Source: Synechococcus sp.
GTDB taxonomy: Bacteria > Cyanobacteriota > Cyanobacteriia > PCC-6307 > Cyanobiaceae
NCBI GenBank assembly: GCA_047285805.1
Contig: JBJBCN010000003.1
Span: 864,001-928,000 of the forward strand
Direction of reading: 5' to 3'
Length of the DNA stretch: 64,000 bases
Shown: in pieces, positions 20,366 through 30,000 of the stretch
How the letters are laid out: each line of letters begins with the position of its first letter
Position numbering within the stretch: position 1 is the stretch's first letter
Notes under the pieces: generated by a model
Told to the model about the DNA's origin: nothing
Databases searched by the model: none
Seen by the model: the letters and a program-made list of their open reading frames with translations, nothing else
Program-made: the position numbers and the translations under genes

Positions 20366-21310
20366 ATGGGGCGAGCTCAGGTCTTGGTGGTGGCGGGCAC
20401 CCATGGCAACGAGCGCAATGCTCCGGCCTTGCTCGAGCGTTGGCGAAGCGAGCCCCAGGCTCTCAATAGCTGTGGCATTCCCGTGGCCTTGGTGGTGGGC
20501 AACCCGGCGGCCTATCAGGCGAATCGCCGCTACATCGACCGCGATCTCAACCGTTGCTTCGCGCCGGATCTGCTTGCCAATCCAGCGCACCAAGCGTTGG
20601 AGCTGCAGCGGGCTCGGGAGTTGCTTGCGGAGTTTTCGCCGCAGGGCCCCAACCCCTGTGCGGTGGCTATCGACCTGCACAGCACCACCAGCGGCATGGG
20701 GAATTCACTAGTGGTATATGGACGCCGCCCTGCCGACCTGGCCTTGGCGGCAGGGATCCAAGCAAGGCTAGGTCTGCCGATCTACTTGCATGAAGCGGAT
20801 GCCGCCCAGACCGGCTTCTTGGTGGAGCGTTGGCCCTGTGGCCTCGTTATTGAAGTGGGCCCCGTGGCCCAGGGGCTGCTCAGCGCTCCGATCCAGCATC
20901 AAACCCAGTTGGCGCTGGAGGCCACGTTGGCGGTGTTGGCCGAGGCCGCCTCGGGGAAGTTGCGGCTCCCCGCTGCGCTGCAGGTGTACCGCCATTGCGG
21001 CAGCGTTGATCTGCCCCGGGATGGCACGGGAGAGGCCATCGCCTCCGTCCATCCGGCCTTGGAGCGGCGGGACTGGAGGCCGCTTCAGCTCGGGCAGCCC
21101 TTGTTCTGGCAGCCCAGCCGTAAGGCCTGTCCGGAGGCCTGGCGCTTCGATCCGGAGGCCATGGGCTTTGCGGCCGAGGCCTGTTGGCCTGTCTTTATTA
21201 ATGAGGCGGCCTATGGGGAGAAGGGCATTGCCTTCAGCCTTTGCCGCCGCGACTGCTGGCCAAACGAGGGGTCTTGGTTGCCGGCCCTGCAGGCGTTGAT
21301 GGCGGCTTAA
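20366..21310 (+). CDS. Aspartoacylase
   Basis: GTHGNE, RDLNR, DLHST, FINEAAY motifs; start uncertain (20309 or 20366). Confidence 0.9.
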   Translation: MGRAQVLVVAGTHGNERNAPALLERWRSEPQALNSCGIPVALVVGNPAAYQANRRYIDRDLNRCFAPDLLANPAHQALELQRARELLAEFSPQGPNPCAVAIDLHSTTSGMGNSLVVYGRRPADLALAAGIQARLGLPIYLHEADAAQTGFLVERWPCGLVIEVGPVAQGLLSAPIQHQTQLALEATLAVLAEAASGKLRLPAALQVYRHCGSVDLPRDGTGEAIASVHPALERRDWRPLQLGQPLFWQPSRKACPEAWRFDPEAMGFAAEACWPVFINEAAYGEKGIAFSLCRRDCWPNEGSWLPALQALMAA

Positions 21311-21621
21311 CCGCAGGCCCATGTGCCTTGCTCCTTGGTGCAGGGCAGGTCGCTGGTGCTGCCGTCAGCCCAGTAGATCCGCAGCCGGTCATCGGCGCTG
21401 TCGGTCCGGAAGGTCAGGGATTTGACCGGTCCAGCGGGGGCCTTGCCGGTCGGATCGCTGGTGTCTACCCCGCCGGGGGTGGCCTGCCGTTGCTCGAGCT
21501 GCTGAACCCGCAGCTCGAGGCGATTGAGCCGATCGGTGTCCGCGGCGTTGTTGCGCCGTTCTCCCCCCTGGCAGCCCGCCAGCAACAGACCGGCAGCAAG
21601 CAGCAGCAGGGGAAGGCGCAT
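21307..21621 (-). CDS. Small lipoprotein, divergent from psbA
   Basis: Lipobox LLAG-C, short coiled coil, C-terminal C-x8-CG. Confidence 0.75.
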   Translation of the reverse strand: MRLPLLLLAAGLLLAGCQGGERRNNAADTDRLNRLELRVQQLEQRQATPGGVDTSDPTGKAPAGPVKSLTFRTDSADDRLRIYWADGSTSDLPCTKEQGTWACG

Positions 21622-21692
21622 GGCGCTGAGGGCGTGACAGGCGACTCCTAGCAGCGGTTTTGGGGCTTGGCTACCCGCCTCGATGAGGACGC

Positions 21693-21735
21693 TGCGCAAG
21701 ATTGCTTTACAAAGTGCGCAAACATCCTTTACATT
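21693..21735 (+). promoter_or_regulatory. psbA promoter with direct repeat and HLR1-like half-sites
   Basis: TTTACA (21706-21711), 18 bp, TACATT (21730-21735); TTTACAAA and TTTACATT 22 bp apart. Confidence 0.65.
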
Positions 21736-21811
21736 CGATCGGGCGGCTCAATCGGGCCGCCCTAACTACCGCTCTTACGGCTTGTCCGTTGAGCCCTTCT
21801 TTCCCGTACTC

Positions 21812-22891
21812 ATGACGACCACCATCCAGCAGCGCCAAGGCGCTTCTGCGTGGAACCAGTTCTGCGAGTGGGTCACCAGCACCGACAACCGCCTCTATGT
21901 GGGTTGGTTCGGCGTCCTGATGATTCCTTGCCTGCTGGCAGCCACCATCTGCTTCATCGTTGCGTTCATCGCAGCACCCCCCGTCGACATCGACGGCATC
22001 CGTGAGCCTGTTGCTGGCTCCCTGATCTACGGAAACAACATCATCTCTGGTGCTGTTATCCCCTCCAGCAACGCCATCGGCCTGCACTTCTATCCCATCT
22101 GGGAAGCCGCCAGCCTCGACGAGTGGCTGTACAACGGCGGTCCTTTCCAGCTGGTTGTTTTCCACTTCCTCATCGGCATCTACGCCTACATGGGTCGTGA
22201 GTGGGAACTCTCCTATCGCCTCGGCATGCGCCCCTGGATCTGCGTTGCTTACAGCGCACCCGTGGCTGCTGCTTCCGCAGTGTTCCTGGTGTATCCCTTC
22301 GGTCAGGGCTCCTTCTCGGACGCCATGCCCCTGGGCATCTCCGGCACCTTCAACTACATGCTGGTGTTCCAGGCTGAGCACAACATCCTGATGCACCCCT
22401 TCCACATGCTTGGTGTGGATGGTGTGTTCGGTGGTTCCCTGTTCTCCGCCATGCACGGCTCCCTGGTGACCTCTTCCCTGGTGCGTGAAACAACCGAGAG
22501 TGAGTCCCAGAACTACGGCTACAAGTTCGGCCAAGAGGAAGAGACCTACAACATCGTGGCTGCCCACGGTTACTTCGGTCGCCTGATCTTCCAATACGCC
22601 TCCTTCAACAACAGCCGCAGCCTGCACTTCTTCCTGGCTGCCTGGCCTGTTGTTGGCATCTGGTTCACCGCCCTGGGCGTTAGCACCATGGCGTTCAACC
22701 TGAACGGCTTCAACTTCAACCAGTCGATCCTGGATTCCCAGGGTCGTGTGCTGAACACCTGGGCTGACGTGCTGAACCGCGCCAACCTCGGTATGGAAGT
22801 GATGCACGAGCGCAACGCTCACAACTTCCCCCTCGACCTGGCTGCTGCTGAGTCCACCCCCGTGGCTCTGCAAGCTCCCGCCATCGGCTGA
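21812..22891 (+). CDS. psbA: Photosystem II D1 protein, E130 (D1:2, high-light-type) isoform
   Basis: 359 aa D1; codon 130 GAG at 22199; H198, H215, S264 present; atypical Asp at 203. Confidence 0.99.
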   Translation: MTTTIQQRQGASAWNQFCEWVTSTDNRLYVGWFGVLMIPCLLAATICFIVAFIAAPPVDIDGIREPVAGSLIYGNNIISGAVIPSSNAIGLHFYPIWEAASLDEWLYNGGPFQLVVFHFLIGIYAYMGREWELSYRLGMRPWICVAYSAPVAAASAVFLVYPFGQGSFSDAMPLGISGTFNYMLVFQAEHNILMHPFHMLGVDGVFGGSLFSAMHGSLVTSSLVRETTESESQNYGYKFGQEEETYNIVAAHGYFGRLIFQYASFNNSRSLHFFLAAWPVVGIWFTALGVSTMAFNLNGFNFNQSILDSQGRVLNTWADVLNRANLGMEVMHERNAHNFPLDLAAAESTPVALQAPAIG

Positions 22892-22945
22892 GGCTGAACC
22901 CCAACGATTCAGCTTCTTCTCGAACTTCGAGGACTGTTGAATCAG

Positions 22946-22972
22946 AAGCCCCCGCGAAAGCGGGGGCTTTTT
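22946..22972 (+). terminator. Intrinsic terminator of psbA
   Basis: AAGCCCCCGC-GAAA-GCGGGGGCTT followed by T run. Confidence 0.92.
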
Positions 22973-23036
22973 GTTGGTTGGGCGTTAAACCACTAGAAGG
23001 TGACTGGATTTCTCCTCTTTGTTCATTGGGGTCGCC

Positions 23037-23891
23037 ATGAGTACGCAGCATGCGAGCGGTCATCACCTGAACGTTTCCCTTGGGGATGGCCTCTGGGACG
23101 CTCTGCACGTTCTGGCGGAACGCACCGGTGAGAGCGTCAGCCACATAGTCCGCCGCTCCCTCGCGGACACCCTGGACGTGGATCACCACACGATCTATCA
23201 GGTCTCCACGTCCGGAGCCCTGGTCCAGGGGGTCTATCAGGGGTGTGTCCGGGTAGCTGACATCAAGCGCCACGGGGATTTCGGGCTCGGCACCTTCGAT
23301 GGTCTCGACGGCGAAGGGATCATGCTCGACGGCACCTGCTGGCAGGCCCGCAGTGACGGATCGGTGGGGGTCGCTCCTGAGGAGTCCTTGGCTCCCTTTT
23401 GGGCTACGACGTTTTTCGCTGCAGACCGCACCGCCACGTTGCCATCGGTGGCCAGTTGGGATGACCTCACGGTGCAATTGGATGCGCTGCGCCGCAGCGA
23501 CAATCTCTTTTGCGCGATTCGGGTAAAGGGCACGTTTGAGAGGATCCACTACCGCGTGGCCTGCAAGAGCGCTCATGGCACTGATCTGGTGACCGCCACC
23601 AGCCACCAAGCGGAGTTCAGCCAGCAGGACATTCGTGGAAGTCTGGTGGGGTTCTGGACCCCCAGCTATGCCCGCACGATCAATGTGCCCGGCTATCACC
23701 TCCACCTCTTGAGCGATGACCACCAACACGGCGGTCACATCCTCGACCTAGAGGCCAAGGAGTTGACCGTGCAGGTGCACATGGACAACCACGTGCACCT
23801 GGCTCTGCCGGAGACGCCGGCTTTTCTGGAGGCCGACTTGAAGGGGGATCCCGCCGAGGCGCTAGCCAGGGCGGAGAGCAAATACAGCTGA
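23037..23891 (+). CDS. budA: Alpha-acetolactate decarboxylase with N-terminal ribbon-helix-helix-like domain
   Basis: IYQVST, G-x-Y-x-G, HGDFGLGTFDGLDGE, GYHLH...GGH zinc motif; extra ~45 aa strand-helix-helix N-terminus. Confidence 0.9.
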   Translation: MSTQHASGHHLNVSLGDGLWDALHVLAERTGESVSHIVRRSLADTLDVDHHTIYQVSTSGALVQGVYQGCVRVADIKRHGDFGLGTFDGLDGEGIMLDGTCWQARSDGSVGVAPEESLAPFWATTFFAADRTATLPSVASWDDLTVQLDALRRSDNLFCAIRVKGTFERIHYRVACKSAHGTDLVTATSHQAEFSQQDIRGSLVGFWTPSYARTINVPGYHLHLLSDDHQHGGHILDLEAKELTVQVHMDNHVHLALPETPAFLEADLKGDPAEALARAESKYS

Positions 23892-24593
23892 CCCCTGGGC
23901 CAGGGTTGCGGTGAGGGCCGTGTCCACGCTCAAGGTCCGCTCCCCCAGATGGACGGGGCGCGCACCGTTTGCTTGGGCGAGCTCCAGCTCGAAGGGGACA
24001 AAGCCTCCCTCCGGTCCGACCATGACCAGTGCGGGTTTGCCGGTGAACGATCCGAGGGGCTGCTGAGCAGATATGTCGGTGATCAGGCAGAGGCGTTCCC
24101 CGGTCAGTCCCGGCAGCTCGTCTTCTATGAAGGGCCTGAAGCGTGGGTGCAGGTGCACCTGCGGGGCAATGGTGTCTCGTGCTCGCTCCATGCCGGCGAG
24201 CACTGCGTCCTCCACCTTGCTGGCCTGGAGCAGGGGGCTCTGCCAGTAGCTCTTCTCGACCCGCGCGCTGTTGATCAGGTGCAGGTGGCTGATCCCGAAT
24301 TCCGCGCATTGGCGCAGGATGCGTCGCAGCATTTTCGGCCTCGGTAGGGCCAGCACCAGATCGAAAGGGTGGCGCCGGGGCGGGGCTTCGGTGAGGACCG
24401 TGCTGAGCACCACGCCATGGGTGTCGAGGGATTCGATCAGGCCGTGACCGCAGGCACCTCCAAGGCGGCCCACCCGCAGGGTGTCCCCTGTGCTGGCGCG
24501 AAGCACCTTGCGGATGTGGCTGGCCCGCTGGTCTTTGAGCAGCACCCGCTGCTCGTCGATCCAGTCCTCCGGTTTCAGCAGGACGATGTTCAT
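23862..24593 (-). CDS. rsmE: RsmE-family 16S rRNA m3U1498 methyltransferase (atypical paralog)
   Basis: HIRKVLR, LALPRPK, VGPEGGF, LGERTLSVDTA SPOUT motifs. Confidence 0.85.
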   Translation of the reverse strand: MNIVLLKPEDWIDEQRVLLKDQRASHIRKVLRASTGDTLRVGRLGGACGHGLIESLDTHGVVLSTVLTEAPPRRHPFDLVLALPRPKMLRRILRQCAEFGISHLHLINSARVEKSYWQSPLLQASKVEDAVLAGMERARDTIAPQVHLHPRFRPFIEDELPGLTGERLCLITDISAQQPLGSFTGKPALVMVGPEGGFVPFELELAQANGARPVHLGERTLSVDTALTATLAQGSAVFALRPG

Positions 24594-24599
24594 GGCCGG

Positions 24600-25034
24600 T
24601 CAGCAGCCGATGTCTTCGGCCCAGAGCTCAGGCTTCTGCTCCTGCATGGTGCGCATCAACTGCTCGCAGCATGGATCATCGAGGCAGTTCACCTCGATGC
24701 CAGCCTTTTTAAGCCAGGCCTCAGCGCCTTGAAAGGTTGTGAGTTCGCCGATGACGACCCGCCGAAAGCCCAGCAAAACGGCGGTGCCCGCGCACATTGG
24801 ACAGGGAGAGAGGGTGGTGACCAGGGTCAGCTCACGCCAGTCCTGTCGACGGCCGGCGTTGCGGATGCACTGGGTTTCGCCGTGGCTGGTGGGATCACCG
24901 TTTTCGACCCGTTGGTTCTGCCCCTGGGCCACAATCGTTCCATCCTCTTGGGCCAGGACGGCCCCGATTGGAATGCCCCCTTCAATCCAGCCCCGTTGGG
25001 CTTCGGCGCGGGCCGCATTGAAGAGACGTTGCAT
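24600..25034 (-). CDS. Zn-dependent nucleobase deaminase, yeast Fcy1-like cytosine deaminase type
   Basis: EGGIPIGA, HGE, TTLSPCPMC, C-terminal WAEDIG; alternative GTG start at 25052. Confidence 0.88.
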   Translation of the reverse strand: MQRLFNAARAEAQRGWIEGGIPIGAVLAQEDGTIVAQGQNQRVENGDPTSHGETQCIRNAGRRQDWRELTLVTTLSPCPMCAGTAVLLGFRRVVIGELTTFQGAEAWLKKAGIEVNCLDDPCCEQLMRTMQEQKPELWAEDIGC

Positions 25035-25106
25035 CGTGCTGCGATCGATCACATCTTCGTGTCGTTGGCTCAAACATGGCGACGGGATTGCGCTTTGGCT
25101 GTTGGC

Positions 25107-25607
25107 ATGACGCAGCAGGACAACCTCACCCAGTGGGATCCCGCCAGCCACGGCGTGTCCGAGATCGTTGCGGCCCTTGATTTGCAACCCCATCCGGAAG
25201 GGGGTTGGTATCGCGAGACTTTCCGCAGTGTTCTGAAGGTGCGCCGCGCCGATGGCGCTCAGCGTGATGCCTTCACCCAGATCCTCTTTCTGTTGGGGCC
25301 GGGTGAGATCAGCCGCTGGCATCGGGTCAACCATGCCGATGAGAGTTGGTGCTGCCTCGCTGGAGATCCCTTGGCGCTTCTGATGCTGGGGTCTGGGCCG
25401 GAGGGGCTCCACGAGCATCGCCTGCAGTCAGGGGCAGCCCAGAACATCGTCGTGCCAGCTGGTGTCTGGCAGGCGGCGCGGGGGCTGGGACGTTGGAGTC
25501 TGATGACCTGTGCGGTGGCCCCTGGTTTTGACTTCGCTGACTTTCAACTGCTCAGCGAACTTTCAGCCGCTGAACATCCACCAGCTGCGCTGCCTGAGTA
25601 TCGCTAG
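25107..25607 (+). CDS. Cupin_5 (DUF985) family protein
   Basis: LQPHPEGGWYRETFRS, SRWHRV, VPAGVWQAA, CAVAPGFDFADF. Confidence 0.9.
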   Translation: MTQQDNLTQWDPASHGVSEIVAALDLQPHPEGGWYRETFRSVLKVRRADGAQRDAFTQILFLLGPGEISRWHRVNHADESWCCLAGDPLALLMLGSGPEGLHEHRLQSGAAQNIVVPAGVWQAARGLGRWSLMTCAVAPGFDFADFQLLSELSAAEHPPAALPEYR

Positions 25608-25668
25608 GGCACAGCAAACTGCTTGTGAGTCAATCAGAGCCAACGACCCAGAGGTCCCTCTGTAACTT

Positions 25669-25700
25669 GCCTTTTGACTCTCGTTTGAGATTGTCAAGGC
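25669..25700 (-). terminator. Imperfect hairpin just 3' of tRNA-Thr (terminator or processing stem)
   Basis: GCC-tt-TTGAC-TCTC-gttt-GAGA-tt-GTCAA-GGC; no clear U-tract. Confidence 0.4.
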
Positions 25701-25705
25701 TGCGA

Positions 25706-25777
<72 letters not shown>

Positions 25778-25824
25778 ATCGTAGTGAAATTAGCATTCAG
25801 GCTCCAATGCCAAGCGCTGCCCGG

Positions 25825-26085
25825 ATGTCCTCTGAATCCCGCCCCCCCTTGGATCCGGACCTAAAGGCTCGGTTACTTCAGGAGGCTCGCACCCCATGGC
25901 GTGGATTGCGGCGGGGGCTGTGGCTGGCCTTCACAGCTTCTGCCGCAGTGGGGCTCGCCACTATGGCGATGCGTTCAGCCGGTGGAGAGGTGGTCCAGGG
26001 CTCTGACCTCCTGATTCAGGTTTCGGCCTTAGCCATCTTCGGACTTCTCCTCTGGCGCGACCGGTCTCCCAGCATCGACGACTGA
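25825..26085 (+). CDS. DUF3493 family small membrane protein
   Basis: RLLQEARTPWRGLRR followed by two TM helices. Confidence 0.8.
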   Translation: MSSESRPPLDPDLKARLLQEARTPWRGLRRGLWLAFTASAAVGLATMAMRSAGGEVVQGSDLLIQVSALAIFGLLLWRDRSPSIDD

Positions 26086-27090
26086 CGCGTCTTCGCTGTT
26101 GTTGTTATCCGGGGCTTCCTCAGCGTTCTGTTCGCCTTGGGGTGCTTCTGCAGTCGTCTCTTCCGGGGAGGTCTCTTCGTGAATGATCGTTTTGGGGCCG
26201 ACCTCTTCCGCCGTGGGCTTTGGGTTGGCTTCTCGTGCTGCGTCTTCGTCTTCCTTTGGCGGGCCCTCGACGTCATCTGAGACAAGGGCTTCGGCTCTGG
26301 CCTCTCGGGCGTCGGTTTCCTCGACGGCCTCTGGGTCAGCCTGCAAAGTCCCTGCAGCCGGTTCTTGGGATTCTGCGGCGACGGTCTGCGTCTCGGCAGG
26401 GGAGTCGGTCTGTTCCGGTTCTAGGGCAACAGCTTCGGGTTGTTCCTGTTGCTCTTGCGGTTCTGCCTTCGGTGCTGGAGCGACGGGAGACGAGGGTTTC
26501 GCAAAGGCCAGCGGCGCGAGCAGCAAGAGCGGAAGCCCAGCGTTGAGGCGTTGCTCGGCTGCCTGGACTTGGTTCAGGGGCAGGGTTTGATCCACCAGGC
26601 TGGCGGACCGGCTCAGCATCCAGATCGCTTGGATCACCTGGGCCCATTGCCACTGGATCAGTGCCAAGACGGGAATGCAGAGCAGGAGCACCACCAACCT
26701 TGGACTGCTCGAGACGGGAGACCAGGCCCAGGCCATCCCGGCATGGCTGTCGGCCCACCAGGACAAGGGCAGCAGCAGTGCAGCACCCAGGGCAATGACG
26801 ATCTTCAAGGGCAGTGCGGTCTGCAGTGCGCTGAGACGAAACTGCTCCGGACGTCGACCCCGCAGGGGCATCTGCAGGATCAGCAAGGACCAGAGGTCAG
26901 GCGGCAGTCGCCAGAACAAAACGGCACTGCCCAGGGAGCCGATCGCCCAGGTGAGTAGGCGTTCGAAGCCAGGGAAAGGCCCGGGGTCTGCTCCTGCAAA
27001 GAGCAGGAACAAGAGCAGAATCTCGAGCGGCAAGGCCGCGAGCCCGAGTAGCTGGAGCCACAGGAGGGGTTCGCGTCTTGCCGGATTCAC
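26029..27090 (-). CDS. Cyanobacterial low-complexity-tail membrane protein
   Basis: REPLLWLQL N-terminus, 4 TM, long acidic tail; directly downstream of infB. Confidence 0.8.
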   Translation of the reverse strand: MNPARREPLLWLQLLGLAALPLEILLLFLLFAGADPGPFPGFERLLTWAIGSLGSAVLFWRLPPDLWSLLILQMPLRGRRPEQFRLSALQTALPLKIVIALGAALLLPLSWWADSHAGMAWAWSPVSSSPRLVVLLLCIPVLALIQWQWAQVIQAIWMLSRSASLVDQTLPLNQVQAAEQRLNAGLPLLLLAPLAFAKPSSPVAPAPKAEPQEQQEQPEAVALEPEQTDSPAETQTVAAESQEPAAGTLQADPEAVEETDAREARAEALVSDDVEGPPKEDEDAAREANPKPTAEEVGPKTIIHEETSPEETTAEAPQGEQNAEEAPDNNNSEDASVVDAGRPVAPEEKSEDG

Positions 27091-27092
27091 GA

Positions 27093-30000
27093 TTAGTTGC
27101 TGAGGGTGCGTCGCTGCGTGACCAGTTTGAAGGCTTCCACCCGATCGCCTTCCGCCCAGTTGGCAAAACGATCACAACCGATGCCGCATTCGAAGCCGGT
27201 GGCGACTTCCTTGACATCGTCCTTGGCGCGGCGGAGGGAGTCGAGATCTCCCTCGAACACCTTCTCCTTGCCGCGCCAGACCCGCACTTTGCAATTGCGC
27301 TGCAGTTTGCCGGTGGTGACATAGCAGCCGGCCACGGCGCTCTTGCCGATGGTGAAGATCGCGCGCACTTCCGCTTCGCCGAGGGACTCTTCCACCAGCT
27401 CGGGCTCCAGCAGGCCTTCCATGGCCATCTGGATGTCCTCAAGCAGTTTGTAGATGACGTCGTAATCCCGCACATCCACGCCGGTGGCATCGGCGGCACG
27501 TTTCGCGCCCGGCGCCATCGAGGTGTTGAAGCCGACGATCACGGCGCCGGAAGCGGCAGCCAGGTCGACGTCGGTTTCGGTGATTTCGCCCGGTGCGGAG
27601 AGCAGAACACGGACCTGAACCTCTCCTTGAGGTAGCTGTTCCAAGGAGCCGAGGATGGCCTCAACGGAACCTTGGACGTCGGCCTTGAGGATGAGGTTGA
27701 GTTCCTTGAGTTCCCCTTCGCTGGCTTGGCCAGACATGGAGGCAAGAGACACCCGGCGGGAGGCCATCTGTTGGGCCAGGCGGGTCGCACGCGCTTCGGT
27801 GGCGCGGTCGCCGACGACAGCACGGGCTGTTTTTTCGTCGGTGTAGACCTCGAATTCATCGCCGGCCGTGGGCACTTCGCTGAAGCCCAGGGCTTCCACG
27901 GCGTAGGAGGGGGCGGCCTCTTTGACGCGCTTGCCGTTGTCATCGACCATGGCGCGGACCTTGCCAAGGATCGGGCCAGCGGCCAGCACGTCGCCGGTGC
28001 GCAGAGTGCCGTTTTGAATCAACAGCGTTGCCACGGGGCCCTTTGCCTTGTCGAGGTGAGCCTCGATCACAGTGCCTCGGGCCATACGGTCTGGGTTGGC
28101 CTGCAGGTCTTCCACTTCGGTGACCAGCAGGATCATCTCCAGCAGCTTGTCGATGTTCTCGCCCTTGATGGCGCTCACCGGCACCATCACGGTGTTGCCG
28201 CCCCAGTCCTCAGCGACTAGCTCGTGGGAGGAGAGCTCCTGTTTGACGCGATCCGGGGAGGCACCTTCCTTGTCGATCTTGTTGATCGCCACCACGATCG
28301 GCACCTTGGCGGCCCGGGCGTGGCTTATGGCTTCCAGGGTCTGGGGACGGACGCCGTCATCGGCGGCCACCACCAGCACGGCCACGTCGGTGACCTTGGT
28401 GCCACGGGCCCGCATGGCGGTGAACGCCTCGTGGCCCGGAGTGTCGAGGAAGGTGAGCTTCCGCTGTTCCCCGGCGTGGGGCACTTCGACCTGGTAAGCA
28501 CCGATGTGCTGGGTGATGCCACCGGCTTCGCCGGCGGTGACCCGGGTTTTGCGGATCGAATCCAGAAGGCTGGTTTTGCCGTGGTCGACGTGGCCCATGA
28601 CGGTGACCACGGGAGGGCGACGGATCAGGTGAGCCATATCGCTCTCTTCGATCATCTCGACGGTCTTTGCGGCCGCTTCCTCGACGTCGTCCTCGAGCAC
28701 CGGAACGCCGAATTCCTTGGACACCGTCTCGATCGCGGAGAGATCGAGGGTCTGAGTCACCGTGGCGATGATGCCCTTGAAGAAGAGGCTCTTGATGATC
28801 TCGGAGCTCTCGACGCCCAGCTTGTCCGCGAGCTCCTGCACCGTGAGGTTGCCCTCCGGCACGACGAGCATCTCGGGACGCTGTTGCTTGGCTTCCCTGG
28901 CAGCCCGCAGCTCCATGGCGCGGCGGCGCTGACGCTGGCGGGCTGTTTCCTTGCGGCGCTTGCGAGCGACAACAGTCGGCTTTGGCTGAGCCGAGCCGGC
29001 ACTGCGGGGTTTCGCAGGACGGGCCAGGGAGGCCTGCAGCACAACTGCATCGGTGTCACCGGCGTAGCCACCGGTTTGTGCCGCCAGGGAATCGTCGTTC
29101 TCGCCAATGATGTGAACGCGCTGGCGCTGCTTCTGGGGCGAGCGGCTGCGCAGTGCATCCAGACGGGCGCTGTCGTCCCAATCGGGGCGGCGAGGGCGTC
29201 CACCACCCGGGGGCATGGGGGCGCGGAAATTGGGGCGACGGGGCGCCGAGGGGGGCGTTGCCGAAGGACGGTTGGCGTCACCGGCGGCTGCACCCGGCGC
29301 ACCGGTCGGTGCGCCGGGACGCCGCGGGGGCGGTGCGCTGGGTCGGGCACCAGGCTTCTGGAGCTGCATCAGCTCGCCAGGGGCCACCGGTTTGCGCATC
29401 CCGGGCATGCCAGGACGGGTCGGGGGTGCAGGACGGTTTCCGCCGCCGGCGGGGCCGCCAACATCGCGGCGAATGGGTTTGCCGACCAGCTCCACCTGGG
29501 GACGAGTGGGCTTCGCGGGCTTACCGCCTTGTCCCACACGGGTCGGGGCGGGTGCGCCAGGGCGTGTCGGCATCCCCGGGCGTTGGCTCAGGGCCGGACG
29601 GCCGGACGGTGTGGCGGGACGGGCACCACCTTGACCGCCTTGGGGGCGGCTGACCAGCTGGGGACGTCCACCACCTGCAGGGCGGGTGGGTGCGCCCGGA
29701 CGTTGGGGGCTGCCAGCTGCAGGGCGAGAGACAGGCGGGGCCGGCTTACGGGCCGGTGGTGCGCCCGCTGGGGACTTGGAGACGATTGCCGGTGCAGGGC
29801 GGCTGGGTGCCGGAGCAGCGGGGCGGCTCGGTGGGGCACTGGCGGCTGGTTTGGCCACAGGTTTCGCCGCGGCGGGCCTCGCCGGAGGGGCTGAGGGGGC
29901 GGCTGGACGGCTCGCGGGTGCGCTCGCTGCCAGTTTCGCTGCCGGCTTGGCCGCAGGCTGACCAACGGGCTTGGCCGAAGCCGCAGGTTTGGCGGCAGGA

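Noticed and set aside
21683..21811. 43-aa N-terminal extension of D1
   Set aside because: Covers the promoter and 5' UTR; canonical MTTT start is at 21812
22890..23036. Possible att duplicate of the tRNA-Thr 3' end at the left islet border
   Set aside because: Only GAAGCC is shared, and it is part of the psbA terminator
24369..25418. Long 412-aa and 272-aa ORFs suggesting fused cupin or deaminase proteins
   Set aside because: Each extension is only the antisense strand of the neighbouring gene
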